A DNA stretch of 64,000 nucleotides from an uncultured delta proteobacterium. Lineage in GTDB: Bacteria > Desulfobacterota > Desulfomonilia > UBA1062. Numbering within the stretch: the stretch's first letter is position 1; every line of letters begins with the position of its first letter. This document shows positions 31,613 through 42,498 of this stretch, in pieces. Below the pieces are notes generated by a model, which was not told the origin of the DNA, searched no databases, and saw nothing but the letters and a program-made list of their open reading frames with translations. The position numbers and the translations under genes are program-made. The stretch spans positions 192,001 through 256,000 of the forward strand of contig CAWAUM010000010.1 in assembly GCA_963785235.1 (NCBI GenBank). Reading direction: 5' to 3'.

Positions 31613-33100
31613 TTAGTTCCTTGAACCTGCACGCTGATTACCTTTCGCCTTCTCTACCTCCAGCGTCACCTTTACCATGGGTGCCTGGTTATTCTTGAAC
31701 CGTATCCTGTTGGGATACACGAGCCTCATATTCAATGTCTGGGATGCAGTAATTCCTGTAAGGTCTATGGGCTCTGTGGTGATGTAGATCCTGTTGCCGG
31801 TAATGGCGAAAGGCGCAAGAACAACAAGGGTCTCCGGCTCGATGGTAATCTTCTGGATATCATACCCGGTAGGCAAATGGCCGGATGTATCAATGAAGAC
31901 CCTCACCTCGCGGGGATAAAGTTTATGGGCAGAGATGAGAATCCTGTCAGGCTTGAATTTAACAACGGTTATGTTTGAAGGGATGTTCACCATATCCGAA
32001 GAAAGCATAATCGTCTGTCTGCCTTCAACGATTGATGAAAGATCGATGGATGCCTTGATGGAATTGGGGTCAAAGAGGCTGAAGGCCTGGGATGATCCCA
32101 TCAGGGTGACTGTCGCCTGCGTTGCCCTCGATTCCTCAATTTCCCAATCCTGGGAGACCTTGCGGTATTCGATGGGGACGATATAATCCCGCTGCACCGA
32201 CTCTTTCTGGTGCCCGAATACGAACCAGAGACCCAGCGCAAGAACAACAGCAATGGCCTTTTCCAGGCTGTTCTGCCTGAACCTCTTCTTGGTGAGGATC
32301 TTCGAGCGTGCATCGATTTTTATCTCGAAATATCTATCCATGAGGGCCCTGAGCTCAACGGCATTCTTCAGATAAGTGGTCTTACCATCCTGGGCTACCA
32401 TGATCGTTCCCCGCTCTTCCGAGACTACAATGCACAGGGCATCCGTAAGTTCGCTGAGCCCGAGGGCGGCTGTATGGCGCAAGCCGAAATCTCCGAATCT
32501 TTCCGAACTCGGCGAGAGCGGGAGGTGACACCCGAATTTTATAATCTTATTGTTATGAATAATGACTGCCCCGTCATGACCATGGGAATGGACATCAAAG
32601 ATGCTTTCCAACAACGGCCTGGAAATATCACCCTTTATCAGGTAACCGCCCTTGATATGCCTGTCGAGCGGGTCTTCCCCCTGGATGACAATAAGGGAAC
32701 CGGTCTTTTTCGAGGTGAATTCCGCTACGCTCTCTGAAATGGCCTCTACGGTTTTCTCATAAGCTCCATCGGCTTTTCTGCTGGATTTGCCCATGTTTCT
32801 CAAGGTGGCAAGACGTTCAAAAAACCTCCTGATGTCCTCCTGAAAAATCACCACAAGGGCGAAGATGAGAATGGTAAAGAAGCCCTGGAGAACAAGGGTC
32901 GTAAGATAGAGGTTAAAGATCCGGGCCAGGATATAGACACCACCCAGAAGGCTTATACCCACCAGAACAAGGCGTGATGCGGTGTTCCTGAACCAGATAA
33001 GGGTCATATAGATCAATGAGGAAATGATAAGGATATCGAAGAAGTCCTGGACCCGGAAGCTTTTGAAGAAGGCAACTATGGTATCGCTCATGAAACCCAA
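31613..33100 (-). CDS. Diadenylate cyclase (CdaA-type) fused to YbbR/CdaR-like domains
   Basis: N-terminal TM segments, IFQEDIRR, HDGAVII, GLRHTAALG, VVSEERG, then TM and YbbR-like repeats. Confidence 0.88.
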   Translation of the reverse strand: MGFMSDTIVAFFKSFRVQDFFDILIISSLIYMTLIWFRNTASRLVLVGISLLGGVYILARIFNLYLTTLVLQGFFTILIFALVVIFQEDIRRFFERLATLRNMGKSSRKADGAYEKTVEAISESVAEFTSKKTGSLIVIQGEDPLDRHIKGGYLIKGDISRPLLESIFDVHSHGHDGAVIIHNNKIIKFGCHLPLSPSSERFGDFGLRHTAALGLSELTDALCIVVSEERGTIMVAQDGKTTYLKNAVELRALMDRYFEIKIDARSKILTKKRFRQNSLEKAIAVVLALGLWFVFGHQKESVQRDYIVPIEYRKVSQDWEIEESRATQATVTLMGSSQAFSLFDPNSIKASIDLSSIVEGRQTIMLSSDMVNIPSNITVVKFKPDRILISAHKLYPREVRVFIDTSGHLPTGYDIQKITIEPETLVVLAPFAITGNRIYITTEPIDLTGITASQTLNMRLVYPNRIRFKNNQAPMVKVTLEVEKAKGNQRAGSRN

Positions 33101-33279
33101 AACATCCCCTTTTTGCTCAATACATGAGCAGGATACACCATTGCAGAAAAAACCTGTTTCTCTTTTTGTGTTCCCCTTTTGGTCATATAGAAAATGTTTA
33201 TACCTTGCAAGTGGGTTTGTAATTCAGATTATTTGTCTGTAAATTTCCCCTAACACTTTGTTGCAGGAGAAAAACTTGA

Positions 33280-33330
33280 CCTGTTCAAAACATGCATCTC
33301 GGTTTCACCGAGATGCATGTTTTGAACAGG
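33280..33330. repeat. Perfect 24-bp inverted repeat
   Basis: cctgttcaaaacatgcatctcggt-ttc-accgagatgcatgttttgaacagg. Confidence 0.9.
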
Positions 33331-33492
33331 CTGATTTTTGTTTTATATCTCTCAGAATATTTTATGGTTGTGCAATGGTCATCTCGTATGGCTCCCCTCA
33401 ATAATAAAATCCTGCATAAAACAGTTGCCGGAGACTGGTATGTTTTCAGCCTCCGGCAACTTCTTTTCGTGTTGAACCGGGGATTGAAGATC

Positions 33493-34704
33493 TTAGAACC
33501 TGACAGCCGTCTTGATGGCCTGGTGAGCACCCTTGCTCATGTTGACCCTGATGAGTTCCTGGTACTGTTCGATACCAAAGGTGTGGGTGAGCATATCCTC
33601 CACGTGGATCTTTTTATTTTCCATGAGGTCGAGCGCAATCTCGAAGGCGTGCTTTCTGCCCATCGGAGTATCATTGTAGCCATAGGCGTAGCATCCTTTC
33701 AGGGTCTGGAGCTTGAGCCATAACGGCGTGGGGTCAAAGGTCACCTTGTTGCCGATGCCCACAAGGCTCACGGTCCCGCAGCCTGCTGTTGCGATGAGGG
33801 CCATCTGCAGGGTGGGCGAATGGCCCACGGTATCAAAGACCCTGTCGAACCCCCCCTGTACAATGCGCTCACCCAGCATGGGTTTGTAGGCCTTGGCGCC
33901 GGGGATCCTTTCGGCGGCCTCGATGATCCCGCCTGCGATGACATGATTCGCCCCTGATCTCTTGATATAGTCTGCGTTGAAGGCAGACGGCTCGACCACG
34001 GTAATTGTGCAGCCGATGTCGAGCCCCCGGATGGCCTTGACGATCATGGCTCCGATCACGCCGCCGCCGATGACCAGGACCCTGTCCGCCTCAGAGGGCC
34101 TGTTGTCCAGCACCGCCTGAAGGCCTACCGCCAGAGGTTCAGTAAGGGCGGCCGATTCCGCGCTCACGCCTGAGGGAACGCGGTATACCTGGCTCTTGTG
34201 CACCACCATATACTCAGCGAACCCGCCGTTGATATCCCTGCAGATCCCGGTGAACATACCGGGTGAAAATCCCCCTTCTGCAACCCTTTCGCAGTTGCCC
34301 GGCCTGCCGGCGGCACAGACAGGGCACACCGGAGAGATTCCCCTGGGTTCGCAGCTCAGGACAGGGTTTATTGTCACCAGGTCACCAACCCTGCAATTGC
34401 CCACCAAGCTCCCTGTCTCCACCACGTCTCCGCTGAGTTCATGGCCGAAAATGCAGGGGAAAGAGGTAAAAGGCGATGCCATGGGGGAATCCTTCACCAT
34501 GAGGAGGTTCAGGTCGCTCCCGCAGAACCCGCAGAGCCGAATCTTTATCTTTACCCAATCCTGGCTCTGCAGCCTTGGCTCCGGGACCTCGACAAGCTTC
34601 ACCGTGGTGAAGGGCCCGTCGTAGTAGAACTTCTTGTTAAGCCGACCCAGGAGCTGGAGGACCAGGTAGTTGGGTATGGTAATGTTGAACTGGAGGGCCT
34701 TCAT
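33493..34704 (-). CDS. Zinc-dependent alcohol dehydrogenase family
   Basis: GFCGSD, FGHE, C...CPVC...C cluster, GGGVIG. Confidence 0.9.
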   Translation of the reverse strand: MKALQFNITIPNYLVLQLLGRLNKKFYYDGPFTTVKLVEVPEPRLQSQDWVKIKIRLCGFCGSDLNLLMVKDSPMASPFTSFPCIFGHELSGDVVETGSLVGNCRVGDLVTINPVLSCEPRGISPVCPVCAAGRPGNCERVAEGGFSPGMFTGICRDINGGFAEYMVVHKSQVYRVPSGVSAESAALTEPLAVGLQAVLDNRPSEADRVLVIGGGVIGAMIVKAIRGLDIGCTITVVEPSAFNADYIKRSGANHVIAGGIIEAAERIPGAKAYKPMLGERIVQGGFDRVFDTVGHSPTLQMALIATAGCGTVSLVGIGNKVTFDPTPLWLKLQTLKGCYAYGYNDTPMGRKHAFEIALDLMENKKIHVEDMLTHTFGIEQYQELIRVNMSKGAHQAIKTAVRF

Positions 34705-34708
34705 GACA

Positions 34709-36379
34709 TCAATCCATCTTGAGCGACTGATAGAACAGCGGGGTCGCCGGACTTGTAGCTGTGGGATCGGTCATGACATTGATGCAGGAAGGTTTTCCCG
34801 AATCAAAGGCCCTTTTGATGGCAGGGATGATGTCTTCGTCCTTGGTAACGAATTCGCCGTAACCACCCAGGCCTTCCACCATCTTCTCATAATGACGCTC
34901 ACCCAGCTCTGAGCACTGGAGGCGGTCGCACCCTATGGAGAGCTCCTGGCTGTGCTTGATCATGCCCCAGGCGGTGTCATTGTTCACCACGCATACCACC
35001 GGGATGTTGTGGCGGACCATGGTGTCAAACTCCATGGCGTTGAATCCGAAAGAGCCGTCGCCCTGCAGGAGCACAACCTTCTTGTCCGGCCGCGCCAGCT
35101 TGGCGGCCATGGCAAAGGGGATTCCGGTGCCCAGGCATCCGAGCAGTCCGGCAGCAGCGGCTATTACCCCTGCCCTTTCCTTAGATGTCAACCCTACGAG
35201 GCCGAAATACTGTGTATCCCCCCCGTCAATGACATATATGGCATCATCGCCAACGGCCTTCTGGATCTGCGCCACCAGGCGGATGGGGTGGATAGGGCTG
35301 GACGTTCTCTCCCTCAGCTTGAGTTCAGGGGCGATAAAGGCATTGCTTGCAGCGCGCAGCGTCTTGATCCAGGCGCTGTGGTCACCCCTTTTGAGGAGCG
35401 GGAGCAACTGGTTGAGTACCGATGTCGTATCACCCACCAGCCCCACATCGGCAACCCTGTTCCGGTCGATCTCGTGCGGGTCGATGTCGATGCGGATGAC
35501 CTTGGCGGCGTCGGGGATGATGGCGCCTGATTGCAGGAGCCAGTTGAAGCGCAGGCCCACGGCAATGATCACATCGGCTTGGGTTATACCCAGCTGTATC
35601 CCCACATTTCCAATGTCCCACAGGGAATGGGGGTGATTGTCAGGGAGTTCACCCCTGCCGAAGTTCATGAGTATAAAGGGGACCCCTGCCCTGTCGATGA
35701 ACTGGCTGAGCGCACTGCTGCAGCAGCTGAATCCCACTCCGCTGCCGCCCAGAAACAGGGGTTTCTTTGCAGCGTTTATAATCTCTGCGGCCTGTCTCAG
35801 GTCCCAATCATCCGGGTGGACCGTGTACTTGTGGGTCTTGTGTGCGGGCATGGGCGCCTTTTCTTCAGGGACTTTGACATTCAGGATATCAGGCGGCAAC
35901 TCAAGGAAGACCGGACCAGGCCTTCCCACCACGGCATGCCTGAAGGCCAGTGACAGATATTCAGGGATCCGTTTGGTGTCATAACAGGTCGCCGCCCATT
36001 TGGTGATGGGTTTGACCATGTCCATCTGGTTTACTTCCTGCAGCGCGCCTTTGAGATCGTCCCTCAAGGGGTGCTTGCCGCACAGCACGACCAGTGGCGC
36101 ATTATCCAGGAAGGCATTTGCAATGCCGGTCAATGCATTGGTGAAACCCGGCCCTGCGGTCACCAGGCACACGCCCGGCTTGCCGCTGTAGATGGACCAT
36201 GCCTCGGCCATCATGGCTGCGGCCTGCTCATGGCGCACATCGACGGCGCGTATCTTATACTCGGTAAAGCTGTCCAGGATTGCTTCTATATGGCCTCCTG
36301 ACAGACAGAAGACCGTATCGACATTTTCCACTTCCTTCAGATATTTTCCAACCAGGTGACCACCAAGTATCATTGCCAT
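34709..36379 (-). CDS. TPP-dependent enzyme (ILVBL/2-hydroxyacyl-CoA lyase-like)
   Basis: LSGGHI, RHEQAA, TAGPGFTN, GDGSFGFNAMEFDT...NND. Confidence 0.88.
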   Translation of the reverse strand: MAMILGGHLVGKYLKEVENVDTVFCLSGGHIEAILDSFTEYKIRAVDVRHEQAAAMMAEAWSIYSGKPGVCLVTAGPGFTNALTGIANAFLDNAPLVVLCGKHPLRDDLKGALQEVNQMDMVKPITKWAATCYDTKRIPEYLSLAFRHAVVGRPGPVFLELPPDILNVKVPEEKAPMPAHKTHKYTVHPDDWDLRQAAEIINAAKKPLFLGGSGVGFSCCSSALSQFIDRAGVPFILMNFGRGELPDNHPHSLWDIGNVGIQLGITQADVIIAVGLRFNWLLQSGAIIPDAAKVIRIDIDPHEIDRNRVADVGLVGDTTSVLNQLLPLLKRGDHSAWIKTLRAASNAFIAPELKLRERTSSPIHPIRLVAQIQKAVGDDAIYVIDGGDTQYFGLVGLTSKERAGVIAAAAGLLGCLGTGIPFAMAAKLARPDKKVVLLQGDGSFGFNAMEFDTMVRHNIPVVCVVNNDTAWGMIKHSQELSIGCDRLQCSELGERHYEKMVEGLGGYGEFVTKDEDIIPAIKRAFDSGKPSCINVMTDPTATSPATPLFYQSLKMD

Positions 36380-36470
36380 AGGTTTTCCCCCACATTGTTT
36401 TTAATAGTGTCCATATCCTTTACGAAACAACTGTTTTAGGCCTTGTCGGATGTGCGACGCATGCAGGCGT

Positions 36471-36828
36471 CTACATGATGATCTTCACGGCGTCGTTAAA
36501 CCACTGGACATAGTAGGCCATCCCCTCGACCTTGAGCTTGCCATTGGCAGCGGCCAGGAATGATGCCTCATCGCTGCCTGCCAACATCACCTTGAAGGCG
36601 GTTTTGGGATCTGCCCATACGAGAGCAGCATCGCTCTTGTGGTTCGACCCTGCAAGCGACGATACCTTGCCCTTGTCAAAGATGAACAGCCTGCCCCTTT
36701 TTCCATCAGCGGTCTTGATGAGGAACCTGAGCTGCAGGGTGCCTATGTAGTTTTGGAAGGCCTTGTTCGTCTTGGCGGCCATTCTTAGCTTCAGGTATAA
36801 CACAAACAGGAGAAACGACAGTTTCATG
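36471..36828 (-). CDS. SCP2 sterol-carrier-like small protein
   Basis: C-terminal AAANGKLKVEG motif; co-oriented with neighbours. Confidence 0.6.
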
Positions 36829-36923
36829 GATAACCCCCTTGAAAAGTTATTTGTTATAACCAAGGTAAAACACTACAACAGATGCTCTGAGCTTACGCTT
36901 CTTTGCAGCGTGATGCCTTGTTC

Positions 36924-37910
36924 TTATCTTTGCGGGTAGGTCTGCCTCACCCAGGCCCCTATCCGCTCCATGGCCTCAGGATAGGGAATCGTTGTCATCC
37001 AGCCGAGCTCCTGTTTGGCCAGGGAGTTGTCTACATCGTTGTTCCTGCCGGTAATCTCGATTGCCATGCGCGAAAGAGGAGGCCTGATCTTCAGAGGTGT
37101 AAAGACCAGGTCGAAGAGGCTCCCCAGCAAACGCGCCGGCCAGTAGGGGATGCTGCCCATGGGCTTCTTCCCGACAAAGGCCCCGAGATCGGTGATATAC
37201 TGCCCCCACGTCACATCCCAATCATCCCTCAACTGGTAGATCTTCCCCTTTGCAATGTCTTTTGTTCCGGCAAGGATGATACCGTCCACAAGGTTGTCCA
37301 CATAGATGAAGCTGGAACTGTGACGGCCACTGTCAACCAGCGGCATGGGCATGGCTATCATCTTTTCAACGATGTCTCTCACCCACGCACTTCCCGGACC
37401 GGTTACATTTGCAGGACGGATGATGGTGCACGCAACGTGGCCATCCTTGTGATAGCTCATGACGAGTTTTTCCGCATCGAGCTTGGCATCGTTGTACGGG
37501 ATGCCTGATTTCATGGCCGGATCGGTCTCCTTCATACCCTTCATGTGGCGGCCGAAGCCGATGGCTGCAATGGAGCTTATATACACAAACCGTGAGGCCT
37601 TGCCGGAAGCTTCCTTTATGAGGTTCAGTGTGGCATCATAGATGGCGCTGTAGAATTGTTCCCTGGTACCCCAATCGGTGACACGGCCGGCAAGGTGAAA
37701 CACCATATCAATGCCATCACAGATCCCTTGCAGTGATCCCCGGCTGGACAGGTCGCCGAGGCAGACCTCCACACCAAGCTTTTTCAGTGCACTCGGGTTT
37801 TCACTCGGAAGGACCAAGGCTCTCACCTGGAAGCCCTGTTTCAAGAGCTCCCGGGTGAGGACCGAACCGATAAATCCTGTTGCCCCTGTAACTAATGCCT
37901 TCATCACCAC
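36924..37910 (-). CDS. NAD-dependent epimerase/3-beta-HSD-like extended SDR
   Basis: VTGATGFIG, FHLAG, YNDAK, IIRPANVTGP. Confidence 0.9.
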   Translation of the reverse strand: MVMKALVTGATGFIGSVLTRELLKQGFQVRALVLPSENPSALKKLGVEVCLGDLSSRGSLQGICDGIDMVFHLAGRVTDWGTREQFYSAIYDATLNLIKEASGKASRFVYISSIAAIGFGRHMKGMKETDPAMKSGIPYNDAKLDAEKLVMSYHKDGHVACTIIRPANVTGPGSAWVRDIVEKMIAMPMPLVDSGRHSSSFIYVDNLVDGIILAGTKDIAKGKIYQLRDDWDVTWGQYITDLGAFVGKKPMGSIPYWPARLLGSLFDLVFTPLKIRPPLSRMAIEITGRNNDVDNSLAKQELGWMTTIPYPEAMERIGAWVRQTYPQR

Positions 37911-38025
37911 CCCCTAAGCTATTTTCATTCATAATGGCGATGTCCACTGCAATAAATGCCTGATCACGACCTCACATCTGCCTTAATTTAGAGGTAATCC
38001 GTAAGATCACATCATTATCGGTAGT

Positions 38026-38091
38026 ATAATATGGGTATCGATTCCTGTTGTCAAGGATTAATGTGAGCAGTAACTCATATTTTAATTGACA
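38026..38091. promoter_or_regulatory. Divergent promoters with candidate TetR operator
   Basis: Minus strand TTGACA-17-TATTAT (38054 to 38026); IR aatgtgag-N6-ctcatatt 38060-38081; plus strand TTGACA at 38086. Confidence 0.6.
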
Positions 38092-38215
38092 CATAGTGGG
38101 GAAGCTACTAATTGTGAATAATCATGGCATGATGCCTGACATTATATTATACGGTATCAACGGTTTCAATCCATAAAACATGCATCTGTTTGAATGGTTA
38201 GAAGGGGGGGCTGCA

Positions 38216-38812
38216 ATGCGTATTCGTATTCCCAAGCAGAATCGCAGCAGGGAAAGAAGATTGAGAATCATGGAAACAGCCCTGGATTTATTTGCAAGCA
38301 AAGGAATAAACGGAACAAGTTCAAATGAGATTGCGAACAAGGCCGGGGTCTCTATCGGGACATTCTACAGCTACTTTGAGAACAAGAAGACCCTGTTCCT
38401 TGAGATCCTCAAAAACCACCTTGAGAACTTTGTAACAGGTGTTTACACCCTGCAGTCGGACGATTCGATCCCCCTGCGGGCTCTCATCAGGGAACATATC
38501 CACAAAGGATTCATGACCTTTGATATCAATCCCTCTTTTCACAAGGAGGCCCTTGTCCTGAAATTCTCGGACCCTGACGTGAGACGGCTCTTTGATGAGG
38601 TGGAACAACAGCAGCTCAGCATCATCAGCTCTCTTTTGATACCCTATTGCAGGCGCAACAAGCCACAGGCCCTCACAGAGGTCTCAAAAGTAATCCACAG
38701 CGCCGTGGAAAACGTTGCCCATTATGTAAAATTCCTCGATTCGCCCATGGACAGGGACCGTCTCATAGATGAGCTTACCGAGATGATCTATCACTATGTG
38801 AACAACCTCTAG
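38216..38812 (+). CDS. TetR/AcrR family regulator
   Basis: PKQNRSRER, EIANKAGVSIGTFYSYFENK. Confidence 0.92.
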   Translation: MRIRIPKQNRSRERRLRIMETALDLFASKGINGTSSNEIANKAGVSIGTFYSYFENKKTLFLEILKNHLENFVTGVYTLQSDDSIPLRALIREHIHKGFMTFDINPSFHKEALVLKFSDPDVRRLFDEVEQQQLSIISSLLIPYCRRNKPQALTEVSKVIHSAVENVAHYVKFLDSPMDRDRLIDELTEMIYHYVNNL

Positions 38813-39137
38813 GGTCAATGCGGATGCCTGCCTTAATCGAGGAAATACACAGTTCCTAGTTTTGTATTGCAATAAACAAAGGTAAGATGGTATTTCGGGG
38901 CACATGGAAAATCTCTATGGATATCATTATTATCTGCCGTCATCTTTTCTGTACTGGTTTGACTCCGGATGCACCCCGTTTTGATGTAAGATAACCTGTC
39001 CTGCGCAGAGCAACCCCTTGTGCACACGGTCCTTGGGATTAATTGCCCGACAGGCGGATTACGGTTGTTTGAACGCCCCTCGATGAATACGGTGCAGTTC
39101 GGTGGAAAGGCAAAAAGGAGAAAGGAAGTTATACAAA

Positions 39138-40750
39138 ATGAGCATGAATAATGAAATTTCCAGGCGTCGGTCTCTGGCAATTGTTTCGCACCCCGATGCG
39201 GGCAAGACGACACTGACGGAAAAACTGCTGCTCTATGGCGGGGCCGTGCAGCTGGCCGGGTCGGTCACTGCACGGAAAAACCAGCGCGCCACCACGTCGG
39301 ACTGGATGGAGCTCGAGCGCAAGCGGGGCATTTCCATCAGCTCAACCGTGCTGAGCTTCGATTATCGCGGTTACCTGATCAACCTGCTGGACACGCCGGG
39401 CCACAAGGATTTCTCCGAAGACACCTACCGGGTGCTCACTGCCGTGGATGCCGCCATCATGGTGATCGACGCCGGAAAGGGGATCGAGAGCCAGACCCGC
39501 AAGCTCTTCGAAGTCTGCAGGCTCCGCGGAATACCCATATTCACCTTCATGAACAAGATGGACAGGCCTACGCGCGAGCCACTGGCGCTGCTGGACGAGC
39601 TGGAGAGCGTCTTGGGCATCGGGGCTTACCCCATAAACTGGCCCCTGGGAACAGGGGATCAGTTCAAGGGGGTCTGGGACCGGCGGACCAGCCTGGCCCA
39701 CTTCTACGAGCGCACCCCCGGCGGCATATACCAGTCGCCGGTTTCCACCTTCGGCATGTCCGATCCCATCGTTCGGGACCGCCTGGACGATACGACATAC
39801 AGCTCCGTATGCGAGGAGCTGGAGATGCTCGACGGGGCAGGAGTGGATTACAATCCCGCAGATGTGCTTGCCGGCCGAATGACCCCGGTGTTCTTCGGGA
39901 GCGCCCTGAACAACTTCGGCGTCCAGCTGCTGCTGGAGGGTTTCATCGAGCAGTCTGCCGCGCCCATGCCCCGCATCAGCCGCGGTTCCCGGTGAAGCCG
40001 GACACCGATGCATTTTCCGGGTTCGTGTTCAAGATCCAGGCGAACATGGACCCGCACCACCGCGACCGGATGGTGTTCATCCGGGTCGTTTCCGGCCGGT
40101 TCACGCGCGACATGATGGTGACGCACGTACCCACGGGAAAGAAGTTCCGCCTCTCCAACTCCAACAAGATCTTCGGCCGCGACCGGGAAACGGTGGACGA
40201 GGCGTATCCGGGCGACGTGGTGGGCATAGCCGGCGCCAAGTTCCTGGCCATCGGCGACACGCTCAGTGAAGACCCGGACGTGCTCTTCGACGAGATCCCG
40301 CGTTTTCCGCCGGAGTGTTTCGCCTTTCTCCACAACGATGTCCCTTCCAACCACAAGCGGTTCCGCGAGGGCTTGAACCAGCTGCTGGCAGAAGGAGTGG
40401 TCCATGCCTTCGAGCTGCCCGACGCGGCACAGCGCATTCCGCTGCTGGCAGCCGTGGGCCCCCTGCAGTTCGAGATCGTGCAGTATCGCCTGGAGACGGA
40501 ATACAATGCGCCTTCACGCCTCGAGGGGGCTTCGTGGACCCTGGCCAGATGGATCAAACCTGCAGGCATCGCAACCGATAGCTCGATGCTTCCCAGCGGC
40601 GTCAGGATCGCCAGGGACAGTACCGGCCAGCCGGTGCTGCTGTTCCCGAACGAATGGAACGTGAGATATTTTCGGGAGAACAACAAGGACGTGGAGCTGA
40701 GTGAGTACCCCGCTTCAATCCCGGCAGACAAGGTAAAACGGGTTGCCTGA
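39138..40750 (+). CDS. prfC: Peptide chain release factor 3, frameshift near 39990
   Basis: [58 protein letters not shown]. Confidence 0.95.
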
Positions 40751-40830
40751 CAGGAAAAATGAGAATCAGTGGGAGCAAGGGCCTGTCCATCACCGTTTCA
40801 CTTGTTTTTCATAGCCGGATGCCCTAGAAA

Positions 40831-41937
40831 TTGGGTGTGGATAAGATTCGGATCAAGGGTATCTTGCTCTATGCACTTGCCATATCGGTCATGGTTTTTG
40901 CCATTATTGTTGTGGCCGGCAAAATGCCCGGAACAAGCCCTGATGCCTCACTGGGGCCCGCAGGCCAGGGTATGAGCCTCTGGGACATGGCAGCGAAGAA
41001 GACACATCACAGCCAGGGCCGTTTCATCAACCCATTTACTTCATTCGAAATGCGCCGCAGGGGCTTGTTAGAGGTTGTAAAATGGAAGCTCTTCACAGAC
41101 AACCCACTCAAGCAGGACTATAAGAACGAGAAGGTAGTGCCGGTAAACATAGACTGGAACGGCGTTATTTCCCACAATTCCATAAGCGTCACATATATAA
41201 ACCACGCCAGCGTGCTCATAAGAGAGGAGAACACCAGCCTGCTCGTAGACCCGGTGCTGTTCGGCATGTTCTGGCCCATCAAGGATTTCAGCCCCATCAC
41301 CTTCTCACCTGAGCAGATGCCGACAATCGATGCAGTGCTCATTACTCACGGACATTACGACCATCTCGACCTGCCCTCGCTTAAGGCTTTCAACAATCAA
41401 TCACGCTTCTTAACCCCCCTTGGTTACGGCAGCCTCGTCAGAGATAACGGGGCCCGGAATGTAAAAGAGCTGGACCGGCTTGATTCAGATAAGGTCGGGC
41501 CTTTTGATGTCACATTCCTGCCGTGCAACCACTGGACCATGCGCAACCCCATTGCAGGGCCTAATACAGCACTCTGGGGGTCATATCTCATCAGGTCCTC
41601 GTCAGGCCGTACCATCTATATCTCAGGCGACACTGCATACTTCAATGGGTTTGCAGAAATTGGGCAGCACCACAAGATAGACCTGGCTATCTTCAGTCTC
41701 GGCGCCGATGAGCCCCGCTGGTTTATGAAACACTCCCATATAAATCCTGAAGAGACTGTCCGGGCATTCAAAGAATTAGACGCAGACAGGCTCATGGTCG
41801 TACACTGGGGTACCTTCAGACTCGGCGACGAGCCGGTCTTTCAACCCCCCCTGGACATAAACAGGGAAATGGACAAGGCGGGGCTGTCGGACAAGCTGAT
41901 AGAGCTGAAGCACGGACAGACCTTTATTCTAGAATGA
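40831..41937 (+). CDS. MBL-fold hydrolase (NAPE-PLD/RomA-like) with N-terminal membrane anchor
   Basis: THGHYDHLD, YISGDT, HWGTFRLGDEP. Confidence 0.88.
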   Translation: MGVDKIRIKGILLYALAISVMVFAIIVVAGKMPGTSPDASLGPAGQGMSLWDMAAKKTHHSQGRFINPFTSFEMRRRGLLEVVKWKLFTDNPLKQDYKNEKVVPVNIDWNGVISHNSISVTYINHASVLIREENTSLLVDPVLFGMFWPIKDFSPITFSPEQMPTIDAVLITHGHYDHLDLPSLKAFNNQSRFLTPLGYGSLVRDNGARNVKELDRLDSDKVGPFDVTFLPCNHWTMRNPIAGPNTALWGSYLIRSSSGRTIYISGDTAYFNGFAEIGQHHKIDLAIFSLGADEPRWFMKHSHINPEETVRAFKELDADRLMVVHWGTFRLGDEPVFQPPLDINREMDKAGLSDKLIELKHGQTFILE

Positions 41938-42114
41938 AGCCAACTGAGGGTCATATTTTTAACATCACCGTGACCCTTTCATAATGTCACGATTAAAGAC
42001 CTGACTCCCTCTCTCCAGATCCCGAACTGACCTTTCAAATCGCACTGTTTTACGCCGCATAAGTCACACGGCCAACATCCTCCCACCCAGAAAATGACCT
42101 TACATGATCAGGAT

Positions 42115-42423
42115 TCACAGGATTATGACAGAGTTTTCAGAATCCCCAAATGGAGAAGGGACAGATTTATCCGCATCTGTATCATTCTCCCAGCTAGTGC
42201 CATCAATGAGATATCTATATTGATACTCCCGGCCCAGATTGAGATCCAGAATGACACTGAAGGAACCGTCCCGCTGCTTTTTCATGGGGGTGGCCTTGGT
42301 GTCCCAGCTGTTAAAATCTCCGACAAGATGAATATCTTTTGCTGAAGCAACTTTTTCCTTATGCAACTGGAACGTCACTTTGCATACGGACATTTTTTTT
42401 TTCGGCTGTTTCTTGATACTCAT
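42115..42423 (-). CDS. Glycogen-binding (CBM48 / isoamylase early set) domain protein
   Basis: LVGDFNSW, YQYRYLIDG, WENDTDAD. Confidence 0.9.
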   Translation of the reverse strand: MSIKKQPKKKMSVCKVTFQLHKEKVASAKDIHLVGDFNSWDTKATPMKKQRDGSFSVILDLNLGREYQYRYLIDGTSWENDTDADKSVPSPFGDSENSVIIL

Positions 42424-42498
42424 GGCAATATCTCCTTTAAAGATATTTTATGATAAGAACCGACATTTTTGTTTCGATCACAGGTATGGTCTGGAAAA

